Below are positions 18,921-28,438 of a stretch of DNA of 64,000 nt, one piece after another. The DNA is from Anaerovoracaceae bacterium (GTDB lineage Bacteria; Bacillota; Clostridia; Peptostreptococcales; Anaerovoracaceae). Below the pieces are notes generated by a model, which worked only from the letters and a program-made list of their open reading frames with translations, was not told where the DNA came from and did not search any database. A program made the position numbers and the translations under genes. The stretch covers positions 37,216-101,215 of the forward strand of contig JAZUNH010000059.1 in assembly GCA_045604065.1 (NCBI GenBank). Direction: 5' to 3'. Every line of letters starts with the position of its first letter. Position 1 is the stretch's first letter.

Positions 18921-20533
18921 GTCTGTATCTTTCGTTACAATTGTTTGAGCTTGAAGAGCAGCCTGGGAGCGAAGAGCTCCGGGAGGGAGCAGAGGAAGAA
19001 AAGGCTGAGGAAGCCGTGAAGCCTGCTCCTTACAGAAGCGTGAATGTTTTCATTGACGACGGGGCGGTCGCGGTCGAATCGCAGTCTGACGACCCGGTAT
19101 ACTGCTACAGTAAGGTGCTCGGAGAGCAGATGTCGAGCGAATTCCTGATCCAGACAGAGAGGCTGGATATACGGAAATGGGACCCGATGTACTATTCGCC
19201 TGCGTACGCGGGCAGGAAAAGGTGCTCGTGGGTGCTCGACTACTGCGGGCTGAACGAAGAGAGCACGATGAGATCCGGGATAGGCACATATCCTAAGAAG
19301 TGGCAGCTCCTTCTGGACCTGATCGACTGCGTGAACGACAGGAAAGACCTTCGAAGGGAACCGGTGCTTGAAGCTTCCGAGCACGCGTATCCGGGCAGCA
19401 CGGGCTGCATCACGATGGTCAACATCCTTTCCGAGATGCAGATGCCTGACGATGTGGTGGCGGCGGGCATACTCCGCTCTGCCTACCGCGGGGAAGGCAT
19501 GGACATGGAATATGTCAGGGAGAATTTCGACGACGCGGTGACCGCTTTGATGAATGAGTTCGGAGATGATTCCGGGCTCAGCTTCAGCGAGAAGAAGGCA
19601 GCCTTAGTCGAGAGGGTCAAGGCTTCCCAGAGCCTCTACTTCAAGCGCATAGTGCTTGCCGAAGTGCTGAGCGACCTCGCCATCGTCAAAGCTGAGATGG
19701 ACAAAGGGCAGGATTTTTACGGCTTGAGCAGGAACAAGCCGGAAATGGGCATCTTCTACGCGGAGATCATATCTGCGCTCGAGGAACTCGCCGGCGACGA
19801 TCAGTCTGCGGACGTCTACAGGAAGCTCGTGGATATGTATAAGGAAGTGTTCGTTTCCTACAGCCTTGATTCAGTGAACGGCGTGATCTACCAGAGCCAG
19901 GGAGACGCGGCGGCCGTATGCCTAAAGCGCGGAGAATATGACTGGAAGGAAGTGACCGCGGAGATCCCGGAGAAAGCCGAGCCTCTCAGCAAAGAGCTGG
20001 CGCTGTTCATAGCGGGCCTCTGGAGGCGCGAGGCCGACGAGGTGCTGGTGAGGGACGGCAACAAAGCCGGAAAGTACGACGTACCTGACATGACGGTTCT
20101 TAAGGTCGTCATGGGAAAAGGCGGATCGAACAAAGACAGGAAAGACAATAAAATAGTTCTTTCGGTCCTGAGGCGGATGATCGCTGAAGATGAGCAGATA
20201 TTCGCGCCTTTCAGAGCGGAAGAACCTGATCTGGACCTGATAGAGCGGGGAGAAGTCGAGGATGTGAACAAGATCCCCGTAAGCTTCCTCGGGCTCGAGG
20301 ACGACGAGGGGAAGACCATGGCCGCGGTGTTCACGTCCATGGAGGAGCCCGGAGGCATCGATGAAGAAGACCTCCAGGCCATTCCCGTCAGGATGCTTTT
20401 TGAATTTGTGAAGAACATGAGCAGGCTGGACGGCATCATACTTGACCCGTTCACAGACCGCTTCACCGTCACCAAGGAGAAGATCGCCGAGATCCTTGAC
20501 GACATCAAAAGAGATAAAGGATCAATGATCTGA
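18917..20533 (+). CDS. Multidomain protein: degenerate RelA/SpoT-type HD domain plus C-terminal SseB-like domain
   Basis: NILSEMQMPDDVVAAGILRSAY...ENFDDAVTALM...SFSEKKAALVERVK...IVLAEVLSDL aligns by eye with the HD hydrolase fold. The C-terminal AVFTSMEE...DGIILDPF is SseB-like. ATGA overlap with the upstream gene. Confidence 0.6.
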   Translation: MSLYLSLQLFELEEQPGSEELREGAEEEKAEEAVKPAPYRSVNVFIDDGAVAVESQSDDPVYCYSKVLGEQMSSEFLIQTERLDIRKWDPMYYSPAYAGRKRCSWVLDYCGLNEESTMRSGIGTYPKKWQLLLDLIDCVNDRKDLRREPVLEASEHAYPGSTGCITMVNILSEMQMPDDVVAAGILRSAYRGEGMDMEYVRENFDDAVTALMNEFGDDSGLSFSEKKAALVERVKASQSLYFKRIVLAEVLSDLAIVKAEMDKGQDFYGLSRNKPEMGIFYAEIISALEELAGDDQSADVYRKLVDMYKEVFVSYSLDSVNGVIYQSQGDAAAVCLKRGEYDWKEVTAEIPEKAEPLSKELALFIAGLWRREADEVLVRDGNKAGKYDVPDMTVLKVVMGKGGSNKDRKDNKIVLSVLRRMIAEDEQIFAPFRAEEPDLDLIERGEVEDVNKIPVSFLGLEDDEGKTMAAVFTSMEEPGGIDEEDLQAIPVRMLFEFVKNMSRLDGIILDPFTDRFTVTKEKIAEILDDIKRDKGSMI

Positions 20534-22273
20534 CAGAGGCGCCGTGACCTTCCTGAGCCACGCAGCCTCTTCAGGCGTAAGGCGGTCCTTCAGATTTTCA
20601 TAGACACCCGCATGGTAGGAATCGAGCCATGCGAGTTCTTTTTTATCCAGCATTTCCGCCTTTATCGCTTCTCTTTCGAGAGGGGCCTGTGTCAGTACCC
20701 TGAACGCCAGGCTCTCCCCGTCTCTTACGCAGAGGATCTCGCTCTCTATCCTTATCCCGAATTCATTTTCTATGTAGACCCCCGGCTCGTCGGACGTTAT
20801 CATGCCCGGGACGATCAGCGCGTCAGATCCTCTCTTGCTTATGTAGTTAGGCCCTTCATGTACGCTCAGCACATGCCCCACGCCGTGCCCGGTCCCGTGG
20901 TTGTAGTCGAGGCCGCGTTCATTCAGCGGCTTTCTCGTCATCTCGTCGAGCTCTTTTCCGGTAGTTCCTTCAGGGAACACTGCCATCGCGAGGTCGATGT
21001 GTCCCTTGAGAACAAGGGTGTAGTATTCCTTCATCTTTTCCGTGAGCTCTCCTACCGCTATCGTCCTGGTTATATCGGTGGTGCCGTCCGTGTACTGGCC
21101 GCCGCTGTCGACGAGGAGAAGCCCGTACGGCTTTACTTCCGCGTCCGTCTCAGGCTCCGGCTCATAGTGGATGATCGCGCCGTTCTCCATGTATCCAGCT
21201 ATCGTCGGGAAGCTCAGGTCGAAGCAGCCTTCCTGCTCCCGTCTGAACCCTTCCAGCCTGTCGCAGCAGGAGATCTCTGTGAGCTTTTCCTTATCCACCG
21301 TGTTCTTGAGCCAGTATATGAACTTTGTGACCGCGGCGCCGTCCTTAAGGTGCGCGTTCACTGTCGCTTCTATTTCCGTGCTGTTCTTGACGGCTTTCGC
21401 CATCTCCACAGGAGTCGGCTTGTCGGCTATCACGGCGGAGAGCGGCCTCAGGAGAGAGTATGAAGTCTTCCCGCGGTCTGCCCAGAGTGTCTTCCCTTCT
21501 GTGCAGAGCTCTTTCAGGACGCCTGCCGTCTCATTGTAGTCCATACATTCCACGCCCTCTTCAGAGAGCTTTCCCCTAAGCGCGTCTGAGACTGCGCCGG
21601 GGAGCGTGAACAGCAGGCATCTGTCCTCTGTGATCACGGCGTATGAATAGAACACAGGGGTGTTCTGGATGTCTCCGCCCCTGAGATCGAACAGCCACGC
21701 CGTCTCCATGAGGTCGGAGAGAAGCAGTATGCCGGCGCCGGCTTTCTTCATTTCCGCCCTGACGAAGCTGATCTTTTCGCCGTATGTCTTTCCGCAGGAG
21801 CTGAGCGGGAATTCCCATATCTCAGACGGCCTGAGCTCCGGCCTGTCCTCCCAGACGGCTCCGACGAGGTCTTTGTCAGATACTATGTTGCCGCAGATCT
21901 TCTCAAGCTCCGCTCCTTCCTTTGCCGTCATCGTCATGCCGTCGAATCCGAGCGTGATCCCGCCGTATTCCTTCAGCTTTTCGGTTATCTCCGGGACTCC
22001 GGGCTCTCCCATCTTCATGAGCTTTACGCCGGTGCCCTCGAGCTGCATCGCGGCCTGGAGGAAATACCGTCCGTCGGTCCAGAGAAACGCTTCGTCCTGG
22101 GTGATCAAAGCCGTCCCGGCGGATCCTGTGAATCCCGTTATCCATTCTCTCGCCTTGAAGTGGTCGTTCACGTATTCGGAAGCGTGGTCGTCGTCAGACG
22201 GTACGAGGTACGCGTCTATACCGTTCTGCGCCATCAGCGCGCGAAGTTTTTCTATCCTGTTCTTTATGTCCAT
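20522..22273 (-). CDS. Xaa-Pro aminopeptidase (M24B)
   Basis: DDHASEY, GFTGSAG, TDGRY, DSGGQYTDGTTDITRT, HGTGHGVG, VHEGP, EPGVY, GIRIE. Start 22273 chosen by RBS spacing. Confidence 0.95.
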   Translation of the reverse strand: MDIKNRIEKLRALMAQNGIDAYLVPSDDDHASEYVNDHFKAREWITGFTGSAGTALITQDEAFLWTDGRYFLQAAMQLEGTGVKLMKMGEPGVPEITEKLKEYGGITLGFDGMTMTAKEGAELEKICGNIVSDKDLVGAVWEDRPELRPSEIWEFPLSSCGKTYGEKISFVRAEMKKAGAGILLLSDLMETAWLFDLRGGDIQNTPVFYSYAVITEDRCLLFTLPGAVSDALRGKLSEEGVECMDYNETAGVLKELCTEGKTLWADRGKTSYSLLRPLSAVIADKPTPVEMAKAVKNSTEIEATVNAHLKDGAAVTKFIYWLKNTVDKEKLTEISCCDRLEGFRREQEGCFDLSFPTIAGYMENGAIIHYEPEPETDAEVKPYGLLLVDSGGQYTDGTTDITRTIAVGELTEKMKEYYTLVLKGHIDLAMAVFPEGTTGKELDEMTRKPLNERGLDYNHGTGHGVGHVLSVHEGPNYISKRGSDALIVPGMITSDEPGVYIENEFGIRIESEILCVRDGESLAFRVLTQAPLEREAIKAEMLDKKELAWLDSYHAGVYENLKDRLTPEEAAWLRKVTAPLSDH

Positions 22274-22288
22274 ATGCAAGTCCTTCTT

Positions 22289-25200
22289 TTATCCCAGCAG
22301 GCTCATGAGCTCTTCCTTTGTCAGGCTCGCGAGCGATTCAGAAGTGCCGGACAGTATGGCGTCCGCGAGATCTTTCTTCGCCGCCTGCATCTTTATTATC
22401 TTTTCTTCTATAGTAGCCGCGGCTATTAGCTTGTATACCGCGACAGGCCTGGTCTGGCCTATCCTGTGTGCTCTGTCGGTCGCCTGGTTCTGCGCCGCTA
22501 TGTTCCACCACGGGTCGTAGTGGATGACGACGTCGGCTCCGGTAAGGTTCAGGCCCGTGCCGCCGGCTTTGAGCGAGATCAGGAACAGAGGCGTGTCGTC
22601 GTCGTTGAAGTGGCGGACCAGCTGGAGGCGCTCCTCCTTCGGCGTGTCTCCGATGATCTTGTAATACGGGATCTCCTCTTTCTGGAGGTCCTTCTCGAGG
22701 AGCTCGAGCATGGAGGTGAACTGCGAGAAGAGAAGCACCTTATGCTCGCCGTCGATGGCCGTCTTGATGAGCTCGACCGCGGCCTCTCTCTTCGCCGATC
22801 CTCCGTCCCAGTGGTCAGATACGAGCGACGGGTCGCAGCAGATCTGGCGCAGCCTCGTAAGCTCTGCGAGAACTTCGAGCTTTTCTCCGCCGGACGTTCC
22901 CATATTGTTGATGAGGTTCCTGATCTGGACGACTTCGCCCTCGTAGAGCTCGCGCTGCTTCTTTCCGAACACCGCGTACTGGATCTCCTCGTTCTTCTCC
23001 GGCAGATCCGAGAGCACCTCTTCCTTCAGGCGGCGCAGTATGAACGGCTGGACCATCTTCTTGAGCTGCCTCGTGACTTCCTCGTCCTTCAGCTTCGCGA
23101 CAGGATTCTCGAACTTCTCCTTGAACGCGTTGTATGTATACAGGAAGCCCGGCATCAGGAAGTCGAATATGCTCCACAGCTCCGACAGCCTGTTCTCGAT
23201 AGGGGTGCCGGTAAGGGCGAACCTCACTTTGCTGGATATCACCTTCACGGATTTGCTCACCGCGGCGCCCGGGTTCTTGATGTACTGGGCCTCGTCCACT
23301 ATCTGGTACGAGAACTCCTTCTCGCTGTAGCTGTCTATGTCTCTCTTGAGCAGGTCGTATGAAGTGATGAGCACATCGTACTTCCTGTAGGAGTTTATTA
23401 TCATCTCACGCTCGTCCGGCGTGCCTACCACACATACGGTCTTTATCTCAGGAGCCCACTTGTCGAACTCCATCTGCCAGTTGAACACGAGTGAGGCAGG
23501 GCAGACGATGAGAGCCGTATCGAGCGTTCCGCGCTCTTTCTCGGCAAGGAGCACGGATATGGTCTCGAGCGTCTTGCCGAGGCCCATGTCGTCCGCGAGT
23601 ATCCCTCCGAAGTGAGCGGACGAGAGCGTCCGCATCCACTGGTAGGCGTAGACCTGATACGGCCTGAGCACGTCTTTCAGCGATTCAGGCACGTCGTAGT
23701 CGGAATCCGCGATGGAGTCAAGGTCCTTTATGATCTGCCTGAACCCGTGATCCCTGTCAGAAGCCACGTCCTCGTGCTCTTCGAGCATGTGGTTCAGGTA
23801 GTACGCCCTGTATACAGGAAGATGCATCTTCCCGGACACGAAATCCTTCAGCGGGACATCCAGTTTCTGGAACAGCTCGTCTACGAACCGCAGGGTATCC
23901 TGGTGTTCCAGGCTTATGAACGTGCCGTTGCTCAGGAGATGATATTTCTTCTTCTTCCTGTAGCTCTCAAGGAGCTCCAAGAGCTCTTTCGGCGTCAGCT
24001 CCTGAGGGTGGACCTGAAGGTCGAGCAGGTTGGAGCTCATCTTCACACCCACGCTTATCTGCGGGCAGTTCCTGAGCTTCAGCTTCTCGAACTTTTCCGT
24101 CGCGTGAACGTCTCCGAAATTAAGCAGCGTGTTCACGCCGTCGTTCAGTATCTCATATACGTTGTCGTCGGTCTTGTCGACCGCGTACTTTCCGTTAGGA
24201 AGGTCGATCGAAGGGAAGAATCCCTTGACTGCGTCTCTTACTCTTCCTTCCTGCCGCTTATCGTGCATGGTCCTCCTCGCGTTGATGATCATCTCCCTGG
24301 AGATGTCGCGCGGCGGGTTCTTTCCTGTGGCCTCGCCCTTTTCGTTCACGTCGGCAGGGAGCTCAGCCCCGCGGAGGTCTTCCTTATGCTTCTCTCTCTC
24401 CTCGGCCTCTTCTTCTTTCTTCTTTTTCCTGTCCGCTTTCTTTCCGGCGTCCTCTTTCTTCCCGTTCTCTTCCGAATCTATGCCGGAGGCCTTGCCGTGC
24501 GGAAGGACCGCAGGCTCGCCTGACGTCAGGTCGAATGAAGTGTCGCCGTATGTGACGAACGGACGGCAGAAGAGCTCGTCTTTGTCGGTATCAAGGAAGA
24601 AGTCGAACCTCGCTTCAGGAGGAAGGTTGCCGTTTATCTCGTCTTCGTCTTCTTCAGTCACCGTTATGTACGGGTTCCGCATGAGCTCCGGCATGATGCG
24701 GTAGTAGAACTCGGACATGTTATTCACGCCTATCGCGAATTCTGAGTGCCCGTTCGCCGGCCTGTCTTCCGAAGCCCCGGCCTCGTAGAACGGAGCTATC
24801 ACCCTGTATGTGCTGTCCTCGAGCTTAGTCAGCGTCTCGTCCGTAAGGAAGAAGTGGGACGATGTTCCCGAAAGGATGACAGGGGAGTCGAATATCACGG
24901 TGATCCCGTGGAATCCGCTGACCGCCTTGCCGTGCATCTTTCTCACGGTGACGTGGAAGTCCGGCACTCCTCCTCCGATCTCTATCCTGTCCTTACGGCT
25001 CTTTCCCTCGCGGCTCTGCCCGGTGTCGGTCATGTCCTCTTCACGGGCTTCCTGAACGGCCGCGGCTATCTCATCCTGGTCCAGCCTGGAGAGGGAGCTC
25101 CGGCTCCTGTTCCCCGCGGCCTGGGCTGAAGGCTTGATCTTCGGGCCGCCCTTGTATTTGTCGCTGAACTCGACTGAGAGCCCGGCGGCTATGTCGTAGA

Positions 25201-26398
25201 ACGTCTCGAGAGCCTCGCCCTCGAGAGCTATCTCCTTATGCTGTGTCAGGTCCGGGATAGGGTACTTGGATCTTGCCTGCAGCCTTTCGTTCACAGCCTG
25301 CGCGTTCATGACCTCTTTCTCGATGAGGCGGTAGTACCGCTCGTTCCTTCCCGAGAAAGTGCTGCCCTTGAAGATTATCCTGTCGCTCCTGCCGAGCTGG
25401 TATTCCTCGCCGGACCTTACCGAGTCGACTAGCGACGTCAGGTTCTTCACGACGAACATCTTGTCCTTGCCAATGGTGAACGTGAGGCTCACACGGCCCT
25501 CCGCGTCTCTTTCGATCTTAGGCTCTATGGAGCAGGCTTCAGGATCCAGAGTGCCGTCGAAGTCGTAGTACTGGTTCAGGTCGCTGTACCTTCTCAGGAA
25601 CCTTGCCGCTGCCCAGTCGGTCTCGTCACCCGGGTCGTTCTTCTTCAGCTCTTTATCCAGCGCGAGAAGAAGGCAGGTGGCGTGCTCGCACATCATCTTG
25701 CTCAGGTATTTCTCGTCCGGGCTGTTCACATAATGGAGGTTGCAGAGATCGCAGTCTATCCTGTCGAACCTGTCCCTCCTGAACTTCGCCGAGACTGTGC
25801 CGGAGGTGAAGTCCGTGGTAAAGGTGCCTTCGCAGGATCCCTTCATGTCTTCTCCCTCCTCTATGTCGGCCTTGACTTTGCCGAGCTCGAGCCTTCCGTC
25901 GGCAAGATCGATCCTCGCCTTGTCGACTATGTCGTGATAGAACAGGAGATCCTTGGTCATCTCTTCCATGTCGAAGAATGTCGGGGTCACTCCGTCCTCA
26001 TTAGTAAACGGCCTCGAATATTCTCTCGGCTTCTTGGCGCCGCCGTATTCCTCTTCCCATTTGATGATGGCGGCTGCCTCGTGGCAGCAGCGCCTGCCGG
26101 AGACCGCGTCGGCGCATGTGCATCTCATGGAAGGGCGTCCCTGGTTGAGGCCCTGTATGAGGGCTTTGTCATAGTCGTCCTTCTTCCTGCCGTAGCGGAA
26201 CTTCGCGACGCAGTATGTCGGACCGCCGGCGAATTCCTCGAGCTTCCCGCTGTCGAGGAGAGTATGTCCCTCGCGGACCACCTCTTCGTCAAAATCCTTC
26301 CGCCAGTCCTGCGGCTTGATGTTGCTTGTCTGTGATTTCATATCCGTATCACCCGTGACCTTTCGCGATGTGCCTTGAGGGCTTTTCCCGGAAGACAC
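22289..26398 (-). CDS. SWIM zinc-finger / SNF2-family helicase
   Basis: CTC...CCH and CDLC...CEH SWIM-like motifs; LRPYQ, ILADDMGLGKT, DEAQYIKN, LTGTPIENRLSELWS, SLKAGGTGLNLT, DRAHRIGQ. Confidence 0.95.
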   Translation of the reverse strand: MSSGKSPQGTSRKVTGDTDMKSQTSNIKPQDWRKDFDEEVVREGHTLLDSGKLEEFAGGPTYCVAKFRYGRKKDDYDKALIQGLNQGRPSMRCTCADAVSGRRCCHEAAAIIKWEEEYGGAKKPREYSRPFTNEDGVTPTFFDMEEMTKDLLFYHDIVDKARIDLADGRLELGKVKADIEEGEDMKGSCEGTFTTDFTSGTVSAKFRRDRFDRIDCDLCNLHYVNSPDEKYLSKMMCEHATCLLLALDKELKKNDPGDETDWAAARFLRRYSDLNQYYDFDGTLDPEACSIEPKIERDAEGRVSLTFTIGKDKMFVVKNLTSLVDSVRSGEEYQLGRSDRIIFKGSTFSGRNERYYRLIEKEVMNAQAVNERLQARSKYPIPDLTQHKEIALEGEALETFYDIAAGLSVEFSDKYKGGPKIKPSAQAAGNRSRSSLSRLDQDEIAAAVQEAREEDMTDTGQSREGKSRKDRIEIGGGVPDFHVTVRKMHGKAVSGFHGITVIFDSPVILSGTSSHFFLTDETLTKLEDSTYRVIAPFYEAGASEDRPANGHSEFAIGVNNMSEFYYRIMPELMRNPYITVTEEDEDEINGNLPPEARFDFFLDTDKDELFCRPFVTYGDTSFDLTSGEPAVLPHGKASGIDSEENGKKEDAGKKADRKKKKEEEAEEREKHKEDLRGAELPADVNEKGEATGKNPPRDISREMIINARRTMHDKRQEGRVRDAVKGFFPSIDLPNGKYAVDKTDDNVYEILNDGVNTLLNFGDVHATEKFEKLKLRNCPQISVGVKMSSNLLDLQVHPQELTPKELLELLESYRKKKKYHLLSNGTFISLEHQDTLRFVDELFQKLDVPLKDFVSGKMHLPVYRAYYLNHMLEEHEDVASDRDHGFRQIIKDLDSIADSDYDVPESLKDVLRPYQVYAYQWMRTLSSAHFGGILADDMGLGKTLETISVLLAEKERGTLDTALIVCPASLVFNWQMEFDKWAPEIKTVCVVGTPDEREMIINSYRKYDVLITSYDLLKRDIDSYSEKEFSYQIVDEAQYIKNPGAAVSKSVKVISSKVRFALTGTPIENRLSELWSIFDFLMPGFLYTYNAFKEKFENPVAKLKDEEVTRQLKKMVQPFILRRLKEEVLSDLPEKNEEIQYAVFGKKQRELYEGEVVQIRNLINNMGTSGGEKLEVLAELTRLRQICCDPSLVSDHWDGGSAKREAAVELIKTAIDGEHKVLLFSQFTSMLELLEKDLQKEEIPYYKIIGDTPKEERLQLVRHFNDDDTPLFLISLKAGGTGLNLTGADVVIHYDPWWNIAAQNQATDRAHRIGQTRPVAVYKLIAAATIEEKIIKMQAAKKDLADAILSGTSESLASLTKEELMSLLG

Positions 26399-26418
26399 AT
26401 CCTAAACATAGTATATCA

Positions 26419-27792
26419 CTACTTCCGCCAGGCGGCGCAGATGTCCTTGACCGCCCCGTCTATCTCATCTGAAGGTATCTGGTCATAGTAGAGCATGAGC
26501 TTTCCCGGCCCTCCGCCGAGAGGGATCATATGGAGCCTGAGCTTCTCGGCTTCTCTGAGAAGATCCTCAGCGGGCTTATCGGTTACGACGTCCAGCCTTA
26601 TGCTTATGCCGGACTTCGTGTTCCTGGCGGTGACAGTACCGCCTCCATATTTTGAAAAGGCGGAAAGCACTTCCCCGAGCTTCCTTGAATACAGCTTCCT
26701 GAGCTTTCTTATCCCGGTCTGGTATGATCCGTTCTCCATGTATTCGGCAAGGACCAGCTGTTCCACTTTAGAGCATGTCTGGTCATATCTGCTCATGCTT
26801 TTTTTCGAAATGGCGGAGAGCTCGGGAGGAAGGACCATGTAGCTTATCCTTATCGCCGGGAAAAGGGTGGATGAAAACGAGCCGAGGTATACGACGCTTC
26901 CAGCGCTGTCAATGCTTTTCAGGGCAGGGACCGGATTGCCGAAGTATCTGAGCTCGCTGTCGTAATCGTCTTCTATCACGACTGACCCGTTCTGCTCCGC
27001 CCACTCAAGCAGCCGGTATCTCCTCGCGGCAGGCATGACAGATCCTGTAGGGAACTGGTTTGACGGGCTCACGTATACAGCCGTCCCGATATTGACCGGG
27101 AGCCTCTCGATCTCTATGCCGTCTTCCCTGACCGGCACAGGACAGATGTTGAACCCGAAGTCGCTGAAGATGTGCCTTACAGGCATGTACCCGGGGTCTT
27201 CCACGTTCACGAAGTCGATGCCGATTTCTCTCAGCATTCCCGCGAGCCTGCTTGTAAGCTGCTGGACTCCGGCGCCTATGACTATGTCGCCCGGCCCCGC
27301 GGCTACTCCTCTCGCGCTGTAGAGATACCTTGAGATCTCTCTCCTCAGGGCGTACTCCCCCTGAGGGTCCTGAGGGGAAAGCATCTCTTCTGACTTCTCG
27401 TTCATTACCTTCGTGAAGCATTTCTTCCACTTGGCGAAATCGAAGCTGTCCGGATCACATCTGTATTTCGGCGTGTCTTTCTTCTCACGCTCCTCATATG
27501 AAGGTCCGCTCTCTCTGTCTCCGCCGGCGGCTTTGTCAGGCCCCGGCACAGAGGAGACGTAGAAGCCTGAGTTCGGCCTCGACTCCAGATATCCCTCTAT
27601 GATGAGCTGGTCGTACGCTCTCGCGCACGTTGTTATGCTCACGGAAAGCTGCCCCGAGAGATCGCGGAGGGAAGGGAGCCTTTCGCCGGCAAGAAAGTCG
27701 CCCCGCATGATGCCTGCCTTTATATAGTCATACAACTGTATATACAGAGATGTGCCGGAATTGTGCTTTAGATCCGCATATATGGGCTTCAT
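26419..27792 (-). CDS. MocR/PdxR-family regulator (GntR wHTH plus aminotransferase-like domain)
   Basis: LYIQLY...ERLPSLRDLS...AYDQLIIEGY HTH; SPSNQFPTG, IEDDYDSELRY, YLGSFSSTLFPAIRISY. Confidence 0.9.
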   Translation of the reverse strand: MKPIYADLKHNSGTSLYIQLYDYIKAGIMRGDFLAGERLPSLRDLSGQLSVSITTCARAYDQLIIEGYLESRPNSGFYVSSVPGPDKAAGGDRESGPSYEEREKKDTPKYRCDPDSFDFAKWKKCFTKVMNEKSEEMLSPQDPQGEYALRREISRYLYSARGVAAGPGDIVIGAGVQQLTSRLAGMLREIGIDFVNVEDPGYMPVRHIFSDFGFNICPVPVREDGIEIERLPVNIGTAVYVSPSNQFPTGSVMPAARRYRLLEWAEQNGSVVIEDDYDSELRYFGNPVPALKSIDSAGSVVYLGSFSSTLFPAIRISYMVLPPELSAISKKSMSRYDQTCSKVEQLVLAEYMENGSYQTGIRKLRKLYSRKLGEVLSAFSKYGGGTVTARNTKSGISIRLDVVTDKPAEDLLREAEKLRLHMIPLGGGPGKLMLYYDQIPSDEIDGAVKDICAAWRK

Positions 27793-27904
27793 ATTGCATG
27801 TATCTCCTGAATTGTCATCTGAAAAAACTGAATAATTGCATATTTTATGATATACACTTTACTGTTATTATATATACATCACAGAGAAAGGTCAACGAAG
27901 ACAT

Positions 27905-28438
27905 ATGGAAAGGAACACACAGGAAAGCCCTGTATATGAGCTGATGCTTACGGGCCTCATGGCGGCTCTCGTCATGGCGGCCACAAGCTTCTTCAGGATA
28001 CCTGTCGTCGCGACGAACGGGTACATACACCTCGGCGACGCCATGGTGTTCCTTTCTGTTATGATGCTTGGCCGCAGGAATGGGACGATCGCGGGAGCGT
28101 CGGGCTCAGCCCTGGCGGACCTGATAGGCGGCTACGCCCACTGGGTGCCGTGGACGTTCGTGATAAAGGGGATGATGGCTTTCGTGACAGCGTCCGTTCT
28201 GGAAGCGGGACAGGAAAAGAACGGGAAGGATCTTCCTGTGTCTCTTGCCGCTATGGCCGCCGGAAGCCTCGTGATGATCGCGGGCTACTTCTTGGCGCAC
28301 CGTGTCATATACGGTAACCTGGCAGCGCCTTTTGCCGCGCTTCCGGGGAACATATTACAGGCGGCGGCGGGGATCGTCATGGCAGAGATCATGTCGGCCG
28401 CGGTCAGGAAGGCCGCGCCGCAGATGTACCGCCCGTAG
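27905..28438 (+). CDS. ECF transporter S component (PdxU2/HmpT-like; likely vitamin B6 uptake)
   Basis: GYIHLGD...G.IAGASGSALADLIGGYAHWVPWTFVIKG; about 5-6 TMs; divergent from the MocR regulator. Confidence 0.8.
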   Translation: MERNTQESPVYELMLTGLMAALVMAATSFFRIPVVATNGYIHLGDAMVFLSVMMLGRRNGTIAGASGSALADLIGGYAHWVPWTFVIKGMMAFVTASVLEAGQEKNGKDLPVSLAAMAAGSLVMIAGYFLAHRVIYGNLAAPFAALPGNILQAAAGIVMAEIMSAAVRKAAPQMYRP

